DNA of 64,000 nt from Polyangiaceae bacterium (GCA_035063585.1 JAPSGB010000009.1:1-64000); one strand, 5' to 3'; shown: positions 37,434-47,262, counted from the stretch's first letter. Notes: generated by a model from the letters alone, not told the origin. Translations and numbers: made by a program.

Positions 37434-38399
37434 TCACGAACGCCGCTGCCGGAGTGCCAGTCCGGTGAGCCCCGTGATCAGGAGCAGCATCGCTCCAGGC
37501 TCGGGCAGGCTCGCGACACGGAAGCCGAGGAAGGAGCCCTCGTTCGTCGGGTCGCCGCGGCCCCGATACGACGCGGCGAGGTGGCCGACGACGCTGTAGA
37601 ACGTTCCCCCCCGGACGCCCCGGTAGGTGTCACTCACGATCGTGTCGTTCCACTCCCGCACGTTCCCGCCCTGATCGAAGGTCCCGTACGGGCTCGCCGA
37701 GTTCACGTAGGCGCCCACCTGGGTCACGTTGCCGACGACGAGCGAGCAGTTCGCGGTGTTCGGCGTCCCTCCCGGTGCCGCGCAGGTGGTCACCGCGTCC
37801 GAGCCCGCCGGGTAGTCGAAGTAGTTCGCCGAGAGCCCGTCGTAGTACGCCGCCTTGTACCACTCGTTCTCGCTCGGCAGGAAGGTGATTGCGCCGGCGT
37901 TGCGCGTCACCGTGAGGCCGTTGCTCGGTGTCGCGGTCCCGCCGAGGAGCGTGTAGGCGCCGGTCTCCGTGTCCCCCACGCCCTGCCCGTTTCCGAGCCA
38001 GTTCACGAAACGCATCGCGTCGTAGGCCGACACCCAGTTCACCGCCTTGGTCTCCCAGCCGGCCTTCACGGAGTACGTGTAGCTGCCGGCGGAGCCGCTG
38101 CGGGTGATCCCGCCGCTCGTCCCTGCCATCTGGGTGTTGTAGAGCCCGAGCGGGTCCGACACGGCCTTGGCCGTCAGGAACTCCGCGTACTGTTCGTTCG
38201 TGACCTCGTACTTCCCGATCCGGTAGGGATCCGCGACGGAGCCGCAGCCGGCCGAGTAGCAGTTGCCGGCGGTGTCCGCGGCGTTGCCGGGGTCACCGAT
38301 CGGGATCCAGTCGATGGTTACCGCCGAGGCGGGAACCGAGAGGAGCGCGCAGCCAGCCAGGGCGAGCAGCGAGCGCATCCGAAGCAGCATCTGCCACAT
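37434..38399 (-). CDS. SUMF1/FGE-sulfatase-like domain protein with PEP-CTERM signal
   Basis: IGKYEVTN.QY, LPSENEWYKAAY, DQGGNVREW, RGG, GFRVA; LPEPG..RQRR. Confidence 0.9.
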   Translation of the reverse strand: MWQMLLRMRSLLALAGCALLSVPASAVTIDWIPIGDPGNAADTAGNCYSAGCGSVADPYRIGKYEVTNEQYAEFLTAKAVSDPLGLYNTQMAGTSGGITRSGSAGSYTYSVKAGWETKAVNWVSAYDAMRFVNWLGNGQGVGDTETGAYTLLGGTATPSNGLTVTRNAGAITFLPSENEWYKAAYYDGLSANYFDYPAGSDAVTTCAAPGGTPNTANCSLVVGNVTQVGAYVNSASPYGTFDQGGNVREWNDTIVSDTYRGVRGGTFYSVVGHLAASYRGRGDPTNEGSFLGFRVASLPEPGAMLLLITGLTGLALRQRRS

Positions 38400-38565
38400 C
38401 CTTTTCCAGGGAGCCGGTGCAGGGTCCAGCCGGCAATGGGTGTTTTATACCGCACTTTGCTGGGGTCAGACGGGAGCCCCTCCCCAGCGGATGCCTCTTC
38501 CTATGTGTCCATCCAGGCGGCGGAGTGTCACGCAGGCGGTACGGACACCTGGCAGAAGCCCCCTT

Positions 38566-38581
38566 GGGGGGGGGGGGGGGG
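38566..38581. other. G16 homopolymer, probable contig or genome junction
   Basis: 16 consecutive G; gene repertoire and codon style differ on either side. Confidence 0.6.
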
Positions 38582-39330
38582 AAGCAGGTGGCGGCGCGCG
38601 GCGCCTCGCGGCCGCGAGCCGGGGTACGCGAGTACGAGCCTGGGGAAGCGCTCTCGTCCACGCCGGCCGGTCACCGCCACCGCCGTCGCGAGCGTGCGCG
38701 CTCGCTCGCGTGAGCAGCGCGACCAGCGCCGCGAGGCCCGCGAGCGCGCCGCCGGCGCGCGCCACCGCGCGCGGCGAGCGCGCCGCGAGCGCGACCGCGA
38801 CCCGGAGCACCGCCCGGCCGCCGGCCGCGACGCCCAGACAGAGCCCCGCGAGCCCGGCCGTGAACCCCGGGTATCCGATGAACGCGACGTGGACGAAGTC
38901 ACGCCACCCGTTGGCGACGAACTCGAGCGCGCCCATCGTGATGAACGAGCCCGAGAGCACGCACACGAGCGCGCTCGTGAGGTGGAGCGCGACGGCGAGC
39001 GTGGCCGCGCCGACCATCAGCCCCGACGCGAGCGCCCGGCCGCGTCGTGACCGCCCGAGCCCGCTCACCACCGCGCCGAGCGCGCCGAAGCCGAGCGCCG
39101 AGCCGGCGACCGTGACGCCGAAGCCGAGCGCGCGCGCGGTGAGCGAGACGGGCGCGCCGCCGAGTAGCGGTACGGCGAGCGCATCGACGAGGCCGAGCGC
39201 GACGCCGAACGTGACGCCGAAGGCGAGCGAGCCCGAGAGCCAGGCGGCGCGGGCGTGAGCCGGAGGGGCGCCCGCCGGCGCGGACGGCGAAGGAGGACCG
39301 AAAGGAATGCGCGGATCCTAGGCTACTCAT
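38582..39330 (-). pseudogene. Truncated, possibly frameshifted multi-TM membrane protein (N-terminal part only)
   Basis: Hydrophobic frame WLSGSLAFGVTFG..LSGSFITMGALEF.. lacks an in-frame ATG/GTG ahead of its first TM and runs into the poly-G. Confidence 0.45.
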
Positions 39331-39433
39331 GCGGCGCGCAGGAAATACTCTGCAAGTTCTTCGCCCGAGCCGCCGAGGCGCGGCTCCTGCCGCCGAGATG
39401 GGCTAGGCTCACGCCTCGAACCGCCGGCCGACC

Positions 39434-40459
39434 ATGCCCGAAATCGCAGTCATCCTGAACCCGAACTCCCGCAAGAACCGCCGCGCCCAGGCGGGGCGCG
39501 TCGGTCGGCTCGCCCGCGCGCTCGGCGCGCGCGGGGTGGTTCGCGAGACGCCGAGCCTCGACGCGCTGCCCGAGACGCTCCGCGAGCTGCTCGCCGACGA
39601 CGAGCTCCGCTATCTGGTCGCCGACGGCGGAGACGGGTCGCTCCACTGGGTGTTGAACGAGTCGCTGGCGGTGCTCGCCGAGGCCGCCCTGCGCGCTCGG
39701 CCGCTCCCGCCCATCATGCCCACCAACGGCGGCACCATCGACTTCGTGGCGCGCAAGGTGGGCATCCGCGGCGACGCCGAGAACTTGGTGGGGCGTCTCG
39801 CCTCCGAGCTCTCGCTCGGCGCCGCGCCGCAGATCGTCGAGGTCGACACGCTCGAGCTCACCGGGACGCAGCTCCGCCCGGACGGTCGCGAGCAGCCCTT
39901 CCGCAAGCTCGGCTTCGCGCTCGCCGCGGGCGGCATCGGCCAGCGCTTCTTCGACAAGTACTACCGCGAGCGCGAGCTCGGCGCGGGCGCCATCGTACGC
40001 GTGGTCACCCGCGCGGTCGCGAGCCACCTCGCCGAGCGCGCCGGCGCGCCGCTACCCGAGAAGGCGCTCCGCTACGGTCGCGAGGTCTTCAGCCCGACCC
40101 CGGCGCGCGTCACCATCGACGGCGAGCGCGTCCCCGGGAGCCGACACGGCGCCATCCACGCCGGCTCGATCGACGTGGTGCTCGGCGGCGTGTTCCGTGT
40201 CTTCCCGCTCGCGCGCGAGCCCGGCCAGCTCCACTTCCAGGCGGGCGACATCCGCCCCCTCGAGATCATCCGCGCGATCCCCGAGCTCGTGCGCGGCGGC
40301 GCCATCCCGAGCCGACACCTGGTCGAGAAGGCGGGGCGCGAGATGCTCATCGAGGCCGACGGCGAGCTGCTCTGCCCGGTCATCGACGGCGAGCTCTTCC
40401 GCGGCCTCACCCGCCTCGAGGTGCGCGCGGGGCCGCGCGTGCGGGTGCCGCGGGTCTAG
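39434..40459 (+). CDS. Diacylglycerol kinase-like protein
   Basis: VILNPNS, DGGDGSL, GGT.D..AR, DGE near the C-terminus. Confidence 0.82.
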   Translation: MPEIAVILNPNSRKNRRAQAGRVGRLARALGARGVVRETPSLDALPETLRELLADDELRYLVADGGDGSLHWVLNESLAVLAEAALRARPLPPIMPTNGGTIDFVARKVGIRGDAENLVGRLASELSLGAAPQIVEVDTLELTGTQLRPDGREQPFRKLGFALAAGGIGQRFFDKYYRERELGAGAIVRVVTRAVASHLAERAGAPLPEKALRYGREVFSPTPARVTIDGERVPGSRHGAIHAGSIDVVLGGVFRVFPLAREPGQLHFQAGDIRPLEIIRAIPELVRGGAIPSRHLVEKAGREMLIEADGELLCPVIDGELFRGLTRLEVRAGPRVRVPRV

Positions 40460-40491
40460 CTGGCGGCGGTCCGGCGCGGCCGGCGGCGCGC

Positions 40492-41541
40492 TCAGGGCAC
40501 GCGCCGCGTCCACTCGTCGGTCGAGAACTTCGTGCGCACGAGCTCACGCGCGCGCTCGAGCTCGACCTTGCGATAGCTCCCCGCGCGGGTCGAGTGCCCG
40601 GCGCGGAAGGAGTCGAGCAGCGACTCGATGATGGCCGCGCGCGTCATCCCGGTCTGCGACTTCATCGGGTCCACCCGCTTCACCGCGCTCCTTACGCCCT
40701 TGTCGGAGAGCTTCTCCCGGCCGATCCGGATGACCTTTACCATCTTCTCCGCGTCGATGTCATAAGCCATGGTCGCGTGATGGAGGACGACCCCGGCGGC
40801 GAGCCGTCGCTGGGCGGCGCCGCCGATCTTGCCCTTGTCGGAGGCGATGTCGTTGATGGGCACATAGCGCGCCTTCACGCCCACGCGCCCGAGCGCCTCC
40901 ACCACCCAGGCGTCGAGGAACGCGTAGCTCTGGATGAAGCTCATCCCCTCCACGAGCGAGGTCGGCACCACGAGCGAGTAGGTGATGCAGTTACCCGGCT
41001 CCATGAACATGGCGCCGCCACCCGAGACGCGGCGAACCACGCCGATCCCGAATTTTCTCGCGTTCTCCTCGTCGATCTCGTTCTTGTATGACTGATACGA
41101 GCCAATCACGACGAGCGGCGAGTCCCAGTCCCAAATGCGAAAGAGCGGGCCGCGCTCGCCGTCAGCGACCGCGCGGGTCAGCACCTCGTCGAGCGCGACA
41201 TGCATCACGGGCGGCAGCGTGACCGGCTCGATGACGTCGAAGACGTGATCTTCGAAGCGCGTGGCCGCGCCCACCGCGCGCCGCACCGCGACGCCGACCG
41301 CCGCGGCGTCGAAGCCGATCATCTCGACCTCGGGCCCGAGCCGCGCGCTGATCGCGGCGGCGAGCTCCGGGCCGCGCATGGTCGCGGGCAGGCCCTCGAG
41401 CGCCGCGTCGAGCTCTCCGAGCGCCGAGTCCGGCTCGAGGAAGAAATCTCCGGCGACCCGCACGTTCCTGAAGTGTCCGTCCACGAGCTCGAGCTCGACC
41501 GAGACCAATTTTCCACCGGGAACCTTGTACTCACCGCGCAC
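40492..41541 (-). CDS. lplA: Lipoate-protein ligase A, permuted domain order
   Basis: N-terminal KVPGGKL..GDFFLEP small domain; RRVSGGGAMF, PINDI, KIGGAAQ, HATM. Confidence 0.9.
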   Translation of the reverse strand: MRGEYKVPGGKLVSVELELVDGHFRNVRVAGDFFLEPDSALGELDAALEGLPATMRGPELAAAISARLGPEVEMIGFDAAAVGVAVRRAVGAATRFEDHVFDVIEPVTLPPVMHVALDEVLTRAVADGERGPLFRIWDWDSPLVVIGSYQSYKNEIDEENARKFGIGVVRRVSGGGAMFMEPGNCITYSLVVPTSLVEGMSFIQSYAFLDAWVVEALGRVGVKARYVPINDIASDKGKIGGAAQRRLAAGVVLHHATMAYDIDAEKMVKVIRIGREKLSDKGVRSAVKRVDPMKSQTGMTRAAIIESLLDSFRAGHSTRAGSYRKVELERARELVRTKFSTDEWTRRVP

Positions 41542-41767
41542 GGCGCGAACCTACTCACCGGCGAGCCTGCGCGCCACTCGCGCCCCTCGAGCCCTCGTGA
41601 CGCTCGTGATCGTCGCTTGATCGAAGCTCAACTCGCGCGTCCCGCTCGGCGGCTCACGAGCGCGCGCCGCCGGCCGCGCCGTGAAGGCCAAGCCCCGAGC
41701 GCCCGCCACCGCGCTGAAAGGAGAATTCGCTGGACATGAGCGCGGGCGGCCGCTCATCCTGGTCGGT

Positions 41768-42844
41768 ATGCCGTCGCGAACTTCGCTACTTGGGATGTGC
41801 GCGCTGGCGCTCCTCGCAGGCTTCGGCTGCGGCTCCTCGACGGACGAGGCCCCCGCGCGAGACCCGGGCGGCGGCTCCGCCGGCGTCGGCTCGGCAGGCA
41901 GCCCCGGGTGGGGAGGCGAGCCCGGCCACGCGGGCGCGAACGGCTGGGCAGCCGAGGGTGGCGGCGGCGCGGCGGGCTCGGCCAGCGGCGGCGCGGCGGG
42001 CTCGGGAGGCGCGAGCCGCGGAGACGATCCCTGTGGAAAGGCCACGCTCGGCCCCGGTCACTACTGCGCGAAGTCGCTCGACCCGTCGTCGTCCGACGAC
42101 GACACGCTCTACGTGTGCTCGGGCTCGCACGGCACGGTCCAATCGCAAGAGACGTGCGCGCTCGGCTGCCGGCAGATGCCAGACGGCGAGGCCGACCGCT
42201 GCGAGAGCAACACGGTCGTACCGGCGCTCATCATCGAGATGCGCGGCGCGTACTTCAACGAGAGCGACATTCGCGCGCCGCTCGAGGCCGGGTTCGCCTA
42301 CATGCTCGAGCGCACCGAGGCGCTCACGGGCGTCCACGACACGGGCCTCCCCACCTTGACCATCTACTATTACCCATCGAGCGAGCGCTTCGCCGAGGGG
42401 CTGGCGGGGGTGATCTCCACCTGGGGCGCGGAGGTGTGGGTCCCCGACGGGCACGATCTCACCGGGCCCAGCCAAAACTTCGTCACGAACCTCTCGGTCC
42501 ATGAGCTCGCGCACCTCGCGGCGGCGCACTATTTCGGAGGCCCGAACCTCCGGGAGTGGTGTCTCAACGAGGGGCTCGCCACGTGGATGTCGGGGAAATA
42601 CTGGAAGTACATGAACGGGGCCCCCGCGAGCTTCCGGGAATATGCGCGCGCGAACCCTGGATATCGGGACCTGAGCTACTGCTACACCGGCGAAAAGGGG
42701 ATCGTCGGCGACGCCCCTTACAAGGTGTGGGCGAGCTACCTCGAGTATCTCGAAGAGACGGACCCCTCCGCGATCGCGAAGGTCGCGACGGGGGCCGTGC
42801 CCTATCAAAACTATGAGGCGGGATGGCGCGCCTGGCTCGAGTGA
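41768..42844 (+). CDS. Lipoprotein: Gly linker, 6-Cys module, zinc metallopeptidase (HExxH) domain
   Basis: Lipobox-like GFGC; HELAH followed by NEGLA. Confidence 0.78.
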   Translation: MPSRTSLLGMCALALLAGFGCGSSTDEAPARDPGGGSAGVGSAGSPGWGGEPGHAGANGWAAEGGGGAAGSASGGAAGSGGASRGDDPCGKATLGPGHYCAKSLDPSSSDDDTLYVCSGSHGTVQSQETCALGCRQMPDGEADRCESNTVVPALIIEMRGAYFNESDIRAPLEAGFAYMLERTEALTGVHDTGLPTLTIYYYPSSERFAEGLAGVISTWGAEVWVPDGHDLTGPSQNFVTNLSVHELAHLAAAHYFGGPNLREWCLNEGLATWMSGKYWKYMNGAPASFREYARANPGYRDLSYCYTGEKGIVGDAPYKVWASYLEYLEETDPSAIAKVATGAVPYQNYEAGWRAWLE

Positions 42845-42914
42845 GCCGCGCGCGCGGGTGGCCGCCGGCGGTGGTCGCCGCCGGAGGGGATGACCGTTTC
42901 GCGGAGGTACTCGA

Positions 42915-44021
42915 ATGATCTACGAAGGTCCCAGGAGGACTCGCTCGCCGCTCCTCGGGCTCGGGGCGGCGATGCTCCTCGCGCTCCCGAGCTGCAGCGG
43001 CGCGGGGGAGGACGAGGCGCCAGCGCGGAACGTCGGCAGCAGCGGCGGAGGTAGCGGAGGCGGTCAGGCGGGCTCGGGCGGCGCGGCGGGCTCGGGCGGC
43101 GCGGCGGGCTCCGGCGGCGCGGCAGGCTCCGGCGGCGCGGCGGGCTCCGGCGGCGCGGCGGGCTCCGGCGGCGCGAGCACCGGAGGCGACCCCTGTGAGA
43201 AGGCCACGCTCGGCCCCGGTCACTACTGCGCGAAGTCGCTCGATGCCTCCTCCGCCGACGACGACACCCTCTACGTGTGCTCGGACTCGCAGGGGACGGT
43301 AGTGTCCGAGGAGACGTGCGCGCTCGGTTGCATGCAGATGCCGGACGGCCAAGCCGACGCCTGCCGGACGAACGAGGCCGGGATCGATTGGCACGTGAAC
43401 GGCTACCTCTTGAACGAGGACGAGAAGGCGCTCGCGCGCGAGGTCGCGAAGGAGGCCGTCCCGGCCATCGCCGGCAGCCGCGCGGAGCGCGTGAAGATCG
43501 CTGCCGAGGCGTCGTGGTGGGCGTTGAAGGAGGGCGTGTGGGAGCTCGGGGTGACCGGGACGTACACCTATTCCAACTGCAATTTCGGCCCCCGTGACGA
43601 TCGGCGCATCGGCCCGCTCGAGCTCTGCGGTGACGGGGCGGCGTGGCAGGTGGGCCTCATGGCGATCCAGGTGCCGGATCACACGCTCGCTGCCGTCGAG
43701 GGGGCCGCAGGGAGCCTCTTCCCGAGCACCTCGCTCTCATCGCTCCTCCAGCTCGTCGCGACCAAGGCGAACGTGACGTCGGGCCAGGCGTCACAGATCG
43801 TCGCGTCGACGGGAACTCTGCGTAAGGCGTGGCTGCTCCGCGTGCCGGCCATCGCGATGACGCTCATCCAGCCGCAGATCACCGAGCAGTGTTACGTGGA
43901 AGAGAAGGTCTGGTGCTACGGAACCAGCTGGAACGAGTCGGCCAAGTTCGCGCCGACCAAGGCCGCCATGTACCAGTCGATCTCGGATCTCGAGCGGATC
44001 CTCGGGCAGCTCGCGCCCTGA
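42915..44021 (+). CDS. Lipoprotein: GSGGAA repeats, 6-Cys module, uncharacterised C-terminal domain
   Basis: Lipobox-like LPSC; shares its N-module with the upstream gene. Confidence 0.78.
   Translation: MIYEGPRRTRSPLLGLGAAMLLALPSCSGAGEDEAPARNVGSSGGGSGGGQAGSGGAAGSGGAAGSGGAAGSGGAAGSGGAAGSGGASTGGDPCEKATLGPGHYCAKSLDASSADDDTLYVCSDSQGTVVSEETCALGCMQMPDGQADACRTNEAGIDWHVNGYLLNEDEKALAREVAKEAVPAIAGSRAERVKIAAEASWWALKEGVWELGVTGTYTYSNCNFGPRDDRRIGPLELCGDGAAWQVGLMAIQVPDHTLAAVEGAAGSLFPSTSLSSLLQLVATKANVTSGQASQIVASTGTLRKAWLLRVPAIAMTLIQPQITEQCYVEEKVWCYGTSWNESAKFAPTKAAMYQSISDLERILGQLAP
43068..43174 (+). repeat. 18-bp tandem repeat, ~6 copies, encoding AGSGGA
   Basis: GCGGGCTC(G/C)GGCGGCGCG iterated. Confidence 0.88.
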
Positions 44022-44088
44022 GCGCGCCTCACGCCGCTGTCTCGTGGCGCGCCGCGAGACGTGGTGCGGCGCGGCCTCGCCCGGCGCC

Positions 44089-44547
44089 TCATACCCGATC
44101 GAGCTCGCGCGGAGCGCGCTCGGGGCTCATGAGGAGCTCTCGAACATCGCTCGGGATACGGCGCGGGCGGTGAGCGTCGTCGACGCAGGCGAGCGTGGTG
44201 TGGCCCTCGGTGAGGAGCTCACCATCCGCCTCGCGGAACACCCGATAGTCGAACCGCACCGTGGCGCCGGAGAGCTCGCTCACCCGCGCCTCGACCACCA
44301 GCCGCTCGTCGAAGCGCGCCGCGCGGCGATACCGGAGCCCGGCCTCGATGACCGGGAGGTTCACGCCGCGGCGCACGAAATCACCGTAATCGACCCCGCG
44401 CCGGCGGAGATACTCGACGCGCGCCGCCTCGAACCAGAGCAGATAGCTCGAGTGGTGGGCGATGCCCATGAGATCCGTCTCGCCGAAGCGGACCCGGATG
44501 ACATATCGGCTCGACGGGACTTCGACGGCGGAGGCGGCGGTCGACAC
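44089..44547 (-). CDS. Acyl-CoA thioesterase (YbgC/FadM family)
   Basis: RVRFGETD.MG..HH..Y..WFE.AR. Confidence 0.9.
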   Translation of the reverse strand: MSTAASAVEVPSSRYVIRVRFGETDLMGIAHHSSYLLWFEAARVEYLRRRGVDYGDFVRRGVNLPVIEAGLRYRRAARFDERLVVEARVSELSGATVRFDYRVFREADGELLTEGHTTLACVDDAHRPRRIPSDVRELLMSPERAPRELDRV

Positions 44548-44603
44548 GGGAAGGGAGCATATCCTCTTGCCCGCGCGCCGCGATAGCAGCATGACTCTCG
44601 CCC

Positions 44604-45059
44604 ATGGCCTTCGAAATCGTAGCGGGCGTGGACTACTCGGCTCCCAGCGAGCTCGCGCTCGCCCGCGCGCTCGAGCTTCTGGCGCATCGCCCCGACGCTC
44701 GGCTCCACGTCATCACGGTGGCGGCGGGCGCAGGGCCGCGGCTACCCGAAGAGCTCACCCTGGACGCGAAGGAGCGCTTCCTCAGCGAGGCCCGCGCCAC
44801 CCTCGAGCGCCACCTCGACGAGCAGGTCGCCGCGCGCCCGGGCCTGCGGGAGCGGCTCCTCCTGGCGGTGGACTTCGGGGATCCCGCGGAGCGCATCCTC
44901 GCACTCGCCAAGAGCGCGGACGCCGATCTGGTGGTGGTCGGCACTCGCAACCGACGCGGCGTCGAGCGGCTCCTCCTCGGCTCGGTCGCCGAGACGGTGC
45001 TTCGCAACGCGGGCTGCCCGGTGCTCGTCATGCGCGAGCGGCGCGCGAGCTCGGGTTAG
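44604..45059 (+). CDS. Universal stress protein
   Basis: GVDYS..S, DLVVVGT, LLGSVAE.V.R.A.CPVLV. Confidence 0.92.
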   Translation: MAFEIVAGVDYSAPSELALARALELLAHRPDARLHVITVAAGAGPRLPEELTLDAKERFLSEARATLERHLDEQVAARPGLRERLLLAVDFGDPAERILALAKSADADLVVVGTRNRRGVERLLLGSVAETVLRNAGCPVLVMRERRASSG

Positions 45060-46801
45060 CCGGACGGCGAGACGATCTCGAACCGCACGCGCGCGCGCTC
45101 GGCCTCGATGCGCCCGCGCTCGGGCACGCGCCCGTCGAGCCAGTGCACCATCTCGTCCGCCTCCCACGAGTAGGGCGCGCCGTTCATCCGGACGCGCCCC
45201 TCGGTGAGCGCGAGGGTGGCCGCGCGGAGCGGGACCCCGGAGAAATCGCGCAAGATGGCCTCCCAGCGGCCCTGACGCGCGGGCTCGACGAAGGCGAGAT
45301 CGTAACGGCCGGCGTAGGCGGTGTGATACCAGGCCGGGCGGTAGGCGAGCCCAGCCAGACCGAGCCGCGCCGCCATCCTCGCGAGCAGCTCGGCGCACTC
45401 GCGCGCGAGCCCGAGCCCCGGCTCCTCCTGGCCCGGGAGCTTCGGCCGCTGGTCGCTGAAGCGCCCGCGCGGGTGGCGCAGCGTGAGCCAATGGACGTAG
45501 AGCACCTCGTCCTCGCCGAGGCTCCGCTTCTCGACCACGCACTCGATGAGCAGATGTTCGGCGCCGCCGAACCTCCCGAACACCCTGAGGCAGTCCCCGA
45601 TCCCCTCGCGCGAAATGGCGAAGCGAAAGCGCGAGTAGCCGAGCCGCCGGAGCTGCTCGAGGAGCCCGTAACGGGAGAACGCGTACTCGAGCCCCTCCTT
45701 CGTGTAGTAGTCGAGGAGCCGAAGCGCCTTCGGCGACGGGCGGCCGAGCGAGGCGAGCACGTCTTCCTCGGTGAGCTCGAAGCCGCCGTCGAGCTCGCGC
45801 GGATCGATCTGCGCTGCGATCCGCGCGAAGCGCGCGCGGAGCGCGTCGTAGCCGGGCGGGACCGGCTCGAGCGAACCGAGCGCGAGCGCGAGCCCGGTGC
45901 CGGCGAGCACCTTCCACGCGTCCTCCGAGTAGCCACCGGCCGGGAGCCACACGCTCGGCCCGCCGGCGAGCGCGCGCGTGACGCGCAGATCACGCCGCCG
46001 CGCGCCGTCGAGGGACAGCGCGAACGCGCCGAACCGATCGCCGGCGAGCACGTCCCCGCCCGCGAGCACGAAGGTGAGCGCGGCCGGCGGCATGCGGCGG
46101 AGCAGCGCGCCGAGCGCGGAGAGATAGCTCGCGTCGTCGCAGCCAGGTGGGAGCCGTGTCTCGTCGACGCCGGGGAGCGCGCCCCAGTCGGCGCCCGACA
46201 GCGAGCCGATCCACACGCTCGGATCTCCCTCGAAGCACTCGGCGAGGCCGTCCGGCGGATGGGCGTCGAGATCGAGCACCCCCACGCGCCGATCGAAGCC
46301 CTCGGCGCGAAGCGCTGCTACCGCCGTGGCGACGTCATTCACGGCGCAGAACCCGCCGCCGCGCCCGGGACCGGCGTGGTGAAATCCGCCGAGCAGGTTC
46401 AGCGTCGCCCCGCCACGAGCGAGCGCGGCGCGCGCGGCGTCGAGGGTGCCACCGCAAGCGACCCGCAGCGTCCGCACGAGCTCGTCGACGTTCACGTCAG
46501 TGGCGTCGACCGCGAAGATGCGCCCGAGCTCCTCGGCCGACGACAGCGAGTCGAGCAGCTCGTGCGTGTGGACTCGCGCGAGATCCTTGTACCGGATGCG
46601 ATGCGGTGTACGAACGTCGGTCGGCCGAATCACGCCCGTCTCGAGCAGGTAGCCGAGCGCCAGATCCGCGCGCCGCGGCTCCATCCCGGTCGCAGCCTCG
46701 ATGGAGGCGAGCGGGAGTCGATAGGTCGGATCGTAGAAGACCGGCAGCCCGCGCGCTCCAAAGAACGCGCGGAGCCGATGTTTCCACCGGGAAGCCTTCA
46801 C
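45056..46801 (-). CDS. Histone deacetylase family protein with extra C-terminal domain
   Basis: RVH, GGFHHA, GFC..ND, DLDAH..DG, AGGD...DRFG, GGYS; C-terminal LPGQEEPGLGL. Confidence 0.88.
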   Translation of the reverse strand: MKASRWKHRLRAFFGARGLPVFYDPTYRLPLASIEAATGMEPRRADLALGYLLETGVIRPTDVRTPHRIRYKDLARVHTHELLDSLSSAEELGRIFAVDATDVNVDELVRTLRVACGGTLDAARAALARGGATLNLLGGFHHAGPGRGGGFCAVNDVATAVAALRAEGFDRRVGVLDLDAHPPDGLAECFEGDPSVWIGSLSGADWGALPGVDETRLPPGCDDASYLSALGALLRRMPPAALTFVLAGGDVLAGDRFGAFALSLDGARRRDLRVTRALAGGPSVWLPAGGYSEDAWKVLAGTGLALALGSLEPVPPGYDALRARFARIAAQIDPRELDGGFELTEEDVLASLGRPSPKALRLLDYYTKEGLEYAFSRYGLLEQLRRLGYSRFRFAISREGIGDCLRVFGRFGGAEHLLIECVVEKRSLGEDEVLYVHWLTLRHPRGRFSDQRPKLPGQEEPGLGLARECAELLARMAARLGLAGLAYRPAWYHTAYAGRYDLAFVEPARQGRWEAILRDFSGVPLRAATLALTEGRVRMNGAPYSWEADEMVHWLDGRVPERGRIEAERARVRFEIVSPSG

Positions 46802-47262
46802 TCGTCGCCGCGCGCGACCGGGATGGTGAGCACCGGCACCGGCGACAGCCGCACGAGCTTCTCGGCGACGCTGCCGAGCAAGAGATGCTTCACGCCGGTC
46901 CGCCCGCGCGTCCCCATCACGACCAGATCCGCCTCGTGCTTCCTGACGTACTCGATGATGGTCGAGGCGGGCTCGCCCGACTCGAGACGCGTCGCGGTCT
47001 CGACGGACTCGGGCAGGGCCGCGCTGGCGAGGAACTCGCTCATCTCGCGCTCGGCGTTCTCACGAATGAGCTCGACGAGCGACCGCGCGGGCTCGCCGGG
47101 CTTGCTCACCATGGTCGTCTCGGGCACATAGCTCGGCCGATCCCACACGTGCACCACGTCGAGCCGCGCGCCGAACCGCGCGGCGAGCGCGCCGGCGTAT
47201 CGCAGCGTCTCTTTCGCGTGGTCAGAGTAGTCGACGGGCACGACGATACGCTTGATGTCCAT
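46798..47262 (-). CDS. Universal stress protein
   Basis: VPVDYS, DLVVMGTRGR, LLGSVAEK.VR. Confidence 0.93.
   Translation of the reverse strand: MDIKRIVVPVDYSDHAKETLRYAGALAARFGARLDVVHVWDRPSYVPETTMVSKPGEPARSLVELIRENAEREMSEFLASAALPESVETATRLESGEPASTIIEYVRKHEADLVVMGTRGRTGVKHLLLGSVAEKLVRLSPVPVLTIPVARGDE

Noticed and set aside
37434..38399. FGE-like domain as a diversity-generating retroelement target
   Set aside because: No reverse transcriptase or template repeat seen in the window
38566..38581. G16 as a functional phase-variation or quadruplex element
   Set aside because: Coincides with a change in gene repertoire and a truncated gene, so an artefact is more likely
42026..43364. Duplicated module as a DGR template/variable repeat pair
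   Set aside because: Differences are not adenine-specific, both copies are internal coding sequence, and no reverse transcriptase is present
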